A stretch of 63,573 bases of DNA, the filler included, from Choristocarpus tenellus KU-1152 (taxonomy: Eukaryota > Protista > Phaeophyceae): NCBI GenBank assembly GCA_964200185.2. It is 11 parts of 11 records of this genome, joined end to end, with 100 filler letters (N's around TTAATTAATTAA, not from the genome) between each part and the next. Parts side by side here need not be neighbours in the genome. Positions count along the whole stretch, not along the records: positions 52,164 to 55,913 come from CAXNAD020018164.1; positions 56,014 to 60,147 come from CAXNAD020016049.1; positions 60,248 to 63,573 come from CAXNAD020020779.1; 8 more parts are not named here. The stretch is one strand, 5' to 3'. The notes beneath the pieces were generated by a model, which worked only from the letters and a program-made list of their open reading frames with translations, searched no databases and had not been told where the DNA came from. Every line of letters starts with the position of its first letter. Positions within the stretch are counted from its first letter, which is position 1. A program made the position numbers and the translations under genes. Positions 53,551-63,573 of the stretch are shown here, piece by piece.

Positions 53551-55353
53551 CTTTTGGCATGATCTCTGTGATCTTCACTAAGGCCCTCGTAACACTTTGT
53601 GTCGACCTGGATGGCTTCAAGCGTTCGAGACAGATGAAGATATGACCACTTATTCCTTCCCCAGTGAATAATAAGTATCAAATAATTTGCTTCTCATCAA
53701 TGGGTACTGCACAATTGGGATGGGAAATGAATTACTTCTTTTTCGTAAGTTATTTGTAAAATAGTGAAAATAATAGAAGACTGTGTAGCAATAGGTACAA
53801 GATATATATATATGTCTTGACAGGCAACTAGGTGGTTGACTGCCAATCAAGTCAGACGTACATTGTGGGGAGTCTGTCTGGTGAAAATGTTACTCTATTG
53901 TACTTCGGAGTGTTTTATTGTAGCAGGACAACAAATATTGAGGTGTACTACGGATTTATCACATAGTTTCAATGTACTTCCAAGTAGGTTAGCCTTTCAT
54001 GTTGTTCATGTGTTCCACTTTTGAAATTCATGAGAGTTCCCTTCTCAAGATACAAATTGGAGAAAAAAAAGGAGTGTAATTACATACATAGATACGCAAT
54101 AGTAGCTAGCTTATTGAGTATTAACCAGTCGTACTTATTCGTTTGTTAGGAGTATCGAGAAGTGAGAGCATAGCATTTTTGTACTGCTCATCAGGTGACC
54201 TAGTCTTGCAGGAATGTCCAGTGGCACTCCCCTACTTCTACGTTCATTGCCATTTTGAATTTAGTTTTTCTGGCCCTCATTGTTCCCTCTTTTTACGTGA
54301 TTTCTGGTGTTTGATTGTCTCATCAGCCCCATTCCAGACAATTGTTTCAGCCTGGTGATGGCAGTAATGCTCAGTATCCCCTGGATCTTCGCAGAGCACT
54401 TTTGGACGCAGGGTGTCCTTAGGGTTAGTGCCACAAGGGGTATTGATCCACAATGATAAAACCAAACAACATACTGGTGGATACTAGATCATTCATCTTT
54501 ACTAAACGAGCGATTGTTACAACCAGAATAACATCCATGCGCAATGGTATCAGCAATATCTTAGCGCTTGAACAAAAAAAATAGCTGGCGTGTCGCTCAT
54601 AAAACGGACATTCATATCCACTAAGAACTTTCCACCTGTTGACTCGCTCACCTCAAAGAACTGACTTTCCTTGATCTCCCAATCTGATCTAAACTCGAAA
54701 ATACTGATCGTGGTGTTTTCGCCCTGTGTCGTTTCAATGTGAATAGTGAATCTCGTTTGGGTCCCTAAACCTGCGTGTCAAAAACACCCGCCAAAAACAC
54801 TCTCTCCAGATCTCAAAATGCGTCACTCTACAATAAAAGTGATACCACCCATCATCTCCACTTGTTCCATCACCGCACTAAACTTAGTGATTCCTCATCA
54901 TAAACAGTTGCAGTCGATTATATGCCTTGGAGTACTAATTCGATGGTCTGATAGGTACCTAGCTCTTGTCTACCTTTCCTTGGCAGTGAGGGTCAGTGGT
55001 AGAGGGACATCTGCAAACACGCACAGGAAAAAGAAATAATATCGGCAATTAACCGCTAAACTGCCTAGTAGTGTACATTTACATGTTATTTATTTGTGTG
55101 TAGTACGGGGCTGTGCAATCTTTGTTTCATGTGTGGAGAGATTTTCTTGACATAAACCGTAGCACACGCACGCACACACTCCTCGCTTGCATTTCGAACG
55201 TTGTGCGGCCTATCTCATCTAACTACTACGACGAATTCTTGAATAATTGGGACCGTTTTGAGGTTATCAGCGAGCAGGAGCAAATCTCCTTTCGATTGTG
55301 GTTGCTCTTACTATTTTATTGATGGTAACATGACTTTTGACACGTTCACTACC

Positions 55354-55612
55354 GAGCCAAAGTAAACGAGAGGTACCCATTTTCTGGCTGATTTGTATTT
55401 TAAGCCAGTTTTCCAATCTTCACAATTCACCCATATTTCTATCCATGAAGTTCTAAGTTTGACTTGTGAGCGTGTATTTCTCTATTGCTTAAAACTTTTC
55501 TGACACAATTGAGAACATATGCTAAGCTCATTTGTAAAAATAGCCAAATTTTGTACATATTTTTCAGTATCCTTAAAATCCAACTCTGGGTACCTCTCAT
55601 TTACTTTGACTC
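55354..55612. mobile_element. MITE family C, 259 bp, GAG...CTC termini
   Basis: 26-bp TIR GAGCCAAAGTAAACGAGAGGTACCCA / TGGGTACCTCTCATTTACTTTGACTC; TSD not clear. Confidence 0.8.
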
Positions 55613-56331
55613 ACTATTGTACTCTACAATACTATATTAGTAACATATTTTAATCTATCATTTCTTATTTGCCTAGATCGTGGAACCATGATGAAGAGAA
55701 CGGAATGGCCCTCTATTCATCAGCATTATTAGATACCATGTACAGTATTATGTGAAGCACACATGATTTTTAATGAACTATAAGAAGGGCTATAAAAGAG
55801 CAGCAGTAGTACTTGATTGACATTACTTTTTATACTATTATTGACTACCTACCTCTACCTCCCCCCCCCCCCCCCCCCCCTTTTTCAACTGTGTGTTTTT
55901 TGTCGCTCTCTTTNNNNNNNNNNNNNNNNNNNNNNNNNNNNNNNNNNNNNNNNNNNNTTAATTAATTAANNNNNNNNNNNNNNNNNNNNNNNNNNNNNNN
56001 NNNNNNNNNNNNNAGAGCGGAAGAAGAAAGTTGTGGGGGGTATGTGGAGGTGTGTAAATTTTTTATTGGGATCTTGGTTCCAACTCAGATCAATAAAAAA
56101 ATTCAATACCCTCTCAAATTCCGAAATTTGAATAGTTGGTCCTGATTCTAAAACATCTTGTGCTCCCTCCAATTAGTAAACATCCAAACCTAAACATACA
56201 TACTTTCAAAAAAAGAAGCTTCACACACACGCACAGGAAACACGTTTCTTTCTCTTTGCAACTAAATTTGCAACTAGCACAGCAGGAGAGTCAAGAATGT
56301 TTTTCTCAGTTAACACTACTAACAAATATTC

Positions 56332-56334
<3 letters not shown>

Positions 56335-56396
<62 letters not shown>

Positions 56397-56400
56397 ATAT
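56335..56400. repeat. (TA)n(GT)n compound microsatellite
   Basis: Directly visible. Confidence 0.95.
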
Positions 56401-56505
56401 ATTAAAAAAATTTCCTGGCCTTGATATAGGATAGGGCTTCTAACAAAATATCCATGTATATATATATGCATGTGTAGGTATACACATATATATCATTTCC
56501 CTGAC

Positions 56506-59167
56506 CTTGACGTAGGATAGGACATACAGAAAGTCAAGCCAGTTTAGGCCTGTAACCTCTGATCCATAATTTTGATCTTCTTCTTCTTCTTCTGAAATGT
56601 TCGCAACTTTCCCCGCTGCGAACTCTATAGCCACAATCATGGCATACACAGAGAGGGCAACTAGAGTTCCCATGCACAGCAGAACGGCAGTGAAAGAAGG
56701 TCGATTGGTTCGATTCCTCCAATCGTAGTACATCACCTGGAAAATAAAATAAAATAGAGGTATGATAGATAGGGTTAGGTATAGGTGCTGTTAATACATT
56801 GGTGCCAATCAAAACGCAGGGCGTTTTAATGTACATGTTATGATGTGTATGATACAATGTGTATCCTGTAACAAGCTATGGGTATTGACTGGTTTTTGAG
56901 ATCCGCTAACGTATCGGCAACAGCTATACATGTTTCAGCAATATAAAAGGGAATGGGTGGCACTAAAGGGTTAGTTCTTGCTGAACCTCATTTGTGTGTT
57001 GACCTGAACCTATGATTACACTGTTGAAAAACTCTCACATGGCCATATGCTGTGCTTATGTAGGGGTGCCTCCATCATAAGCACACACACACACATACAC
57101 TAGATCCTTGTTATCTGGCATGCGTAAGGTTAAATCAAGAACAGTGATGAGAGAAATGGTGCAACAGGGGCAGGGGGGTATACCTTACGAGCCATTGACA
57201 GGTTTAATTCCATAGTCGTAAATTCATAAACCCATTGAGTACATCAAAGATGATGTAGTTGGCTCCTTTCAAGCGAGAGGTGAAAAGGTCACATCACAAC
57301 CGATGGAGAAGTGGAGTTGAAGACTTTCTTTCCATGCTTCAAAGTACAACGTTATAATCAATAATAGTAGTAGTAGTAATACTAATAATAGTAATAAAAT
57401 AGTAATAATAGTAGTACTACTAATAATAACATAAATAATAACAACAATAATAATAATTATAATAATAATAACGACAGTTTACCTGTGCCACCGTGACAGC
57501 AGTGGCTCCTGTGGCATGTAACGCGAAGATTGCATCGTTGAGGTCCACCTGAACGTTATTTCCATTGTGCCTTTCACGGTAAGCACTCCGAGCAGCTTCC
57601 CACCAAAGCATGGAGCCTGACCACAGTAGCAGACCACCAGATGTGATCGAGAACAAAAGGGGTTACGGCACATATTGGATCAGAGCAATACGGTAGAGCA
57701 AATGAGTGCCCGCATCGCAGTCAATACATGGCAAAGGGGAACCTTGTTTTGGGAGAAGATGAGATGATGATGGTGAAACAGTAGGAAAAAAAAAAGGAGA
57801 AAAATCTTCTCGCCTCTGATAGATGGGATGTGGAGGTTTTGTGATAGATTTGGAGTCAATTTGGAGAGACACGCAAACAAGAATAATGGCACACTATAAG
57901 TGCAACGATTTGCTGTGTGCATGTGTGCATTGCTGGGCAGGGAAAGCACTATATAAGTCTTTGTACTGACAGGTGACTGAAGCAGTGCCCGCTGCTATTT
58001 GTATTCAGGGTGGCATCATTGCGGTAAAGTTTCTAGGGAGAGTCCTTTGCTCAACACTATTGCAGTGTAGGGGAGGGGGGGGATTGGGACATGCCACTAG
58101 TTGAAGATCCTTCAAGGGGTTCAGTAAAGATATAGCTCAATACCAAACCCATCATCTTACTCGACTGACTCTGGTCGTAGGGTCAGGCATATTTTCTGTG
58201 ATCTCTCAACACCAACTGGAGATCATTATTTTGCTGTACATGGACCCATGTGAGCACTTATGACCGACAAAATTTTGAGATGCAAACCTTTTTGGTGGAA
58301 GGGCTAGGAGACAAAAGGACAAGTATGTGGGCATAAATGGTGCTTGCGACTTTTCCCTCGTGTGAGTGCGTTCGACACTGCCCACCTTGCATTCCAACTA
58401 ACACAAGAGCAGTACAGGCAAGAGGATCACAGGCAAGGGCAACAATGGGCATAATGCAGGCTAAATTGTTGACACTTTGAGTACACATACATATTCGCAT
58501 GATCAATAAACCACCCACTGGACAGGACTTACAAGTAAAGGCCGAGTAGCAGGAAAATGCCAGCAGATTGTAAAGCTGGAAATCGAAGGAGAGTCCCCTG
58601 GTAGTCTTCCTCTGGTAGTTAAGGCGGATCTGCGGATAGAATGACAAGCTCCAGCTGAGTGCCAAGTGCAACAGGTTCCAGTACATTCAAAGGGTGGACA
58701 TGGAGGATGCGGGCGACGAAGGGGAACAGCGTGAATCGAGGATGTGCACAAATAATGATAATCTCCACCAGCAGGAATCCCCCCTGTGTTGATAATGAGG
58801 GAAGCATAGCCACTTGCACCAAGGTGGGCCATACCTTGATTGCATTTTCCAGTACCTAACACTCTGCATGTTGACTGAAAAAATCTAGAGCGAAGCAAAG
58901 GAGGGGGAAAGGAGAGCATCCGGCGTACCTTAAGAAGTAGGTCCATCCAAGGATGGAAGAAACTTTGCGGTACGGACCATGGAGGTTATCGGATGATGGA
59001 AGGAGGAAACCCAGGATAACCCCCCCCACAAATAGAGATACTGCCAGGGCCGTGAAATTACTGCAAAACTTATGCTGTACATGACCCTTCATCCCTTCGT
59101 GCTGTGAGCTCCACCCAGAGCTGGATGTGTCACTATCAACAGTCTTCTTCATGACTCTATCCTCCAT
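56506..59167 (-). CDS. CTNS: Cystinosin-like PQ-loop lysosomal transporter, 5' part; exons 58929-59167, 58533-58654, 57483-57616, 56506-56736
   Basis: SSILGWTYFLSWSLSFYPQIRLNYQRKTTRGLSFDFQLYNLLAF...VDLNDAIFALHA...WLDFLYVLSYVK. Exons for the second PQ loop are lost at the gap. Confidence 0.92.
57353..57471. repeat. (AAT/AGT)n trinucleotide microsatellite in a cystinosin intron
   Basis: Directly visible. Confidence 0.9.
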
Positions 59168-60694
59168 CCTTCAACCAAAGGGCTTCCCAGTCTCAAGAAA
59201 CTGAGAAGCTCAGAGTGAGCAGCGTTACACTATAAATTCCTAGTGTTTCTCTTCAAAACTGCTGTCATGGGATGTGTAGTGTTGTGGATTAGAGGTTCAT
59301 ATCACGCATGACCCTTCACAAACTACCAAGGATTACGCTGTAGTTGCTTTCACACGAGAACAAACAACCAAAACGGGCAACGGACAGATCGATCGGATAG
59401 ATATGGATTATCAATTAACATGTACAATACGTATGAAAGTTATTGGTAAGTTTGGAGAAAATCTCACATTTAATATCCTTAAACCTTCATGAGCTCTGGA
59501 ATTTCCTTTTTTTCGTACATATCTGTTTATGATGGTTCTATCTTTTTTTATCTCATGATGCCAATAGTTATTGATCATTATCTGGTGGTGACCACGTATA
59601 CTAAAATTTAATGAAGATAAGAGAGGGTACACGTCCCTAAACAAGTCTCCGTGAAACTTCAACCTCGAAAATGTTCAAGAGAGAATTCAAAATTGTAAAG
59701 AGGCATGAGAGGAGGCATCAGAGCCCAGACCTCTTCCACACATCATCAAAATAATATATCACATTCTTACTCACCACCCTCTCATTAAACCCTGCCTCTT
59801 TGACAGTGACAACACTGGTCCTAACAGCAGTAGTAATGACGGAATTGGTACCAACGCTGGTAGCTATGAGCTGAGGGAAAAGTCAAGTGAGGCTAGCCCT
59901 CGAGCGAGGCCAGCCCTCGAGTCTGGTATGCGTGCACTTTTTAAATTATCAAGGTTTTCATTCAGGTTTTTTGTCGAAGTCGAAGGTTAGTCATTCCAGA
60001 AGTATGATTAGTTATTTGGCTGCTTCGTTCCAACTACTAGAGGTGGTCACCAATTTCAAGTGAACGGTTTCGGTTTCACTTTTAACAGAGGATTTTCAAA
60101 ATTGGGGATGGAGCGGGACTACGAGGATGGTAGAAAAGAAAAAACGGNNNNNNNNNNNNNNNNNNNNNNNNNNNNNNNNNNNNNNNNNNNNTTAATTAAT
60201 TAANNNNNNNNNNNNNNNNNNNNNNNNNNNNNNNNNNNNNNNNNNNNGTGTCGGATTTGAAATTTCAGCAAAAAAAAGAGTTGTTTGACCGAAACGGACG
60301 CCCTCCCACCCCAGATACTTTGACCCGTTTCGGCGTTTATCTTGCTAGTTCTCTCTTGTATCGAGCAAACTTGCCTTTTTTTTACTACTTGATTGAGGGG
60401 TTTCACAAAAAGCCATGTCTAAAGTTAAGCAAAATAAAACAGGTGATCGAGACCAGGAATACACAGTATAGCAGTCTTTTTTCTCTCGGTACTGCACCGT
60501 ACAGTACGTACAGTATGTACAGTATGTACAGTATATCACATCAAATTTAGACGACTGCATTATACAGATATTATGATGCACTGCACAGCAGGGGATCCAA
60601 CTGCAACATACAGGGTAATACTCCTGGTCTGCCACACTGTACATGCTATAAGTGTCGCGTTTTTAGAGGCTATCTTCATGGCATTTGCGGCGTC

Positions 60695-61370
60695 ATGGAT
60701 CCTTTTGGCGTCAGCGAAATGAAAAGCGTGTGCAAATTGTGCGCGGGCCCCACCAAGGGCAAGCCCTCGAGTCCACGGATCGAAGCACCATGATATCAAG
60801 AACGAGGGCGAGGGGAAGGTGCTGCCAAATTATCTACGGAGAAAGACGAGTCCTACAAGCCTTGCGGTGCCGACAATCATAAATGCTTGAGCTTTGCAGA
60901 GAAGGCGGAAGCGTTGACAATCCTGAAGACCGTGACGGGAACTGCGGTTGCTCAATAGTTTGGAATCGGCCATAATCTCAGGCTTCCATTGACACAGTGA
61001 GAGCGTGGATCAGTGTGGAAGACAACAATGTAGTGGCCTATGCGATACTAGAGGACATGAAAGACCAGCTGCTCGAGGAATCCTTGTACCAGTTAGATAA
61101 TGTAAGGCTTGGGCGATGAGGATGGTGATGGGTTTATGGGAGGGGGCAGCACATCGGGGGCCATGAGGAAAGGAGCAGCCTCTTCAGTGTTCTCGATTCC
61201 TCCACCGCCATATACTCTCAAATCTATTTGTAGAGTTTGTAAGCTTAGAAACAATTGCCGAAGAGTGCAGCATGAACGATGTTTCGTACTATCTCTGGAA
61301 AGTAAAGCTGCCTTGGCTCAGTGCAATCGGGGCAAGGGCAATCAAACAAGTAGACAACTGCGTTTCTTGG
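60695..61370 (+). mobile_element. Decayed, internally deleted pogo/Tigger-like transposase remnant
   Basis: KCLSFAEKAEALTILKTVTGTAVAQ*FGIG (60881-60970) resembles the CENP-B/pogo N-terminal HTH. An acidic segment VRAWISVEDNN...DQLLEE follows. Stops present. Confidence 0.45.
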
Positions 61371-62543
61371 CAGTCGTGATTTTTTTACTTGTGAATAAGT
61401 TGTTTTACTCAGAGCATGCGATGGGGGGTGCATGGCGGTGCAGCTGCATCTGATTCACGGTGATGTTTTTGATACTGTACTGTATAATATCCTTGTAGAG
61501 TGCAATTGAATACGTAGGGCAAGGCATCGGACGGAGATTGGCTTTGAGTGTTGATTTGATTTGAACAGTGAGTCGTCTGTCCAGCCATCCAATGGTTTGT
61601 GGATGCTTTTCTTTAGAAGGTGTACTATACATATGAGTGAATATATCGTAAGGAGCGCAATTTACCCAAGTTACAATACTGTATACATATGACACTGGTA
61701 TTCTGTGCAGGGGTGGTTAAGATATAATGCTTGCTGCATCACCACAGCTTCATCGAAATCGGCTCAACGAGGGCAATGTTCAATACATATCTACTATAGC
61801 TACCCTTGAAGGTACATGGGAAGCACATACAGTAAGGGCGTCGCTTTGTCGTCGTTCGGGGACAAGTATAAAGTGCCCACGAGCACTGTTGTTCCGTATA
61901 TAACATAGGTTTCTCTTATCGAGATCCCTCGGATTAAGAGAACATTTCTCTTATATACAATAAGAAGGATCAGTGTATAAGAGAGGGGTTTTTCGTTTGC
62001 CCCTATCCTCTCTTATATAGTTACACCCTCTATATTATATGATAAATATAAAATTCTTAGGATTTATTGAGCGGATTTTATTAAGAAAGAAAAATGTGTG
62101 GAGGGAATGTGAAATCCCGACCAAAAATATACCATCCATTCTTCACCAATCACGTTTCGTTTAACCAATCACTTGAGTTGGTAGAGAGCAAACTATTCGT
62201 CAGTCAAGATGTAACCTTCAACAGTCTCTTCTCGGTAACCATCAGTCAGTAACTCTTTATTGACGAAGATCCACCCTTCATCATTTTCTTTTCAGTCACG
62301 ATCAGTCAACACATCAGCCTATTCTTAGACGACTTTTCACAGCTTGCTTTGGGGAGAAGGGGAAGTTGGATTCCCCTCTCGGCCCCCATGTACAATGTGA
62401 TCAAATGATGATAACTGTGGGGACTGGAGAGACTTGTTGATGTTCCTGTCGTTGCCAACTGACACGACTTCGTCCTTTGACCGTTTGAGATTAACTCTTG
62501 TGTCTCAGGCATATCCTAGAAGATTGGTGATGTTTAAGTCTTA

Positions 62544-63573
62544 CTTCCTCCATTCGGAATTAAATGTAAGATAAATTTTGCAACCTTGATTAAGAAGCCA
62601 GCATGATTTAAGTCTTTCCGGGCACTTTTTTGTGTTTTAGCAACAGACAAGGGAGAGAGGGGGGAGGGGGACAGGTGTAAATTTCTATTGTGCTTGATTT
62701 TTTCGTTCGTTTATATTTTGGTGGTGTATTGTGCAGACACTAAAATGTTGCCCACCAAAATCTCTAGCAAAAATTGGGTAGCCTACGCCTATCTATGACC
62801 CCCCCCTCGAAGCCTTCCAAAGCTCCATTCCAGCACAGTATTTTGCCGCATCTACAATAGCATTCAGGGGGAGCTTGCCCGCCTCTTTACCTTTTTATTA
62901 CTAGGGTGGGGAAATTTTGAAGACCTTGTCACCCTTGGATCCTAGCACTTCACCGTAGACTGCAAAGAGGCTCTGCCAGACGCTCTCTAGGTGTAAACAT
63001 TGAACGCCTTTGTTATAGCCTCCATCAGCTCCTCTGTGTTGGTCACCCCCCACGTCTTCCTTCAGTTACTTGGTGGAATGAAAGAACCCCAGGTTGTTGA
63101 CATTGAGGTCAGGTTAGTTTGCTGGCTGGGTCTCTACGACAATGTCGTCCCCCACCGCCTCCTTGATTGTCTCCATGGTCCCCCCCTTGGTGTGCTACAC
63201 AAAGATGGTGTGTCCTTCCGGCCTAGGCATGCGAGCCTTGATTGCCAGGATGATATCCTCGACCATGGACTTCTTATACCTCTCCCCATCCATCGTGACT
63301 GGCATAATCACCTTGGTGCCCTTAAGGCTGGTGTTTGCTGGAGCACCAAGCAACATTAGTGTCCCCCATTGAACAACACTCAATTGGATAGCTTCCTAGG
63401 ACAAGCCACAGCTGCAAGGAACATCACCTTCGTAATGTAATGCTTATTCTGTGTCAGTGGGGGTTTGGGGGGGTCCTCAGTGAGGTGCAGTTACACACCT
63501 TGCTCATCTTCAGGGACGTACAACCACTTCTCATCCACTTGCATCCAGCCATACATATTGTCCACTAATACCC
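62544..63573 (-). mobile_element. Decayed DD39D (plant-type) mariner with transposase remnant and one TIR
   Basis: Minus-strand motifs QVDEKWLY, ITKVMFLAAVACPR and QPAN*PDLNVNNLGFFHS, with stops. Terminus TA|CTTCCTCCATTC at 62544. Confidence 0.88.

Noticed and set aside
52902-53681. 259-aa minus-strand ORF
   Set aside because: Antisense shadow of the + strand beta-helix exon.

Overview
Intron-rich eukaryotic DNA. The gene content and GT-AG intron style suggest a stramenopile, possibly brown-algal lineage (inference only). Ten identical 100-nt gaps (N44-TTAATTAATTAA-N44) break the window, so adjacency across gaps is unproven. Spliced genes I could reconstruct by hand: part of importin beta-1, an LRRC74-like LRR gene head-to-head with FRA10AC1, SF3B6/p14, a GFA/CENP-V-like gene, the 5' part of cystinosin, and the last exon of a beta-helix-like protein. 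Intergenic DNA is dense in non-autonomous DNA transposons: a GAG...CTC MITE with 4-bp TSD (11 copies), a related MITE family, a TGTTACA...TGTAACA family, a Stowaway-like MITE with a decayed DD39D mariner, and a pogo-like remnant. The most unusual structure is a ~148-bp tandem array just downstream of a basic 315-aa ORF. Each unit carries a 19-nt segment framed by splice acceptor and donor signals, i.e. an apparent non-coding micro-exon ladder.
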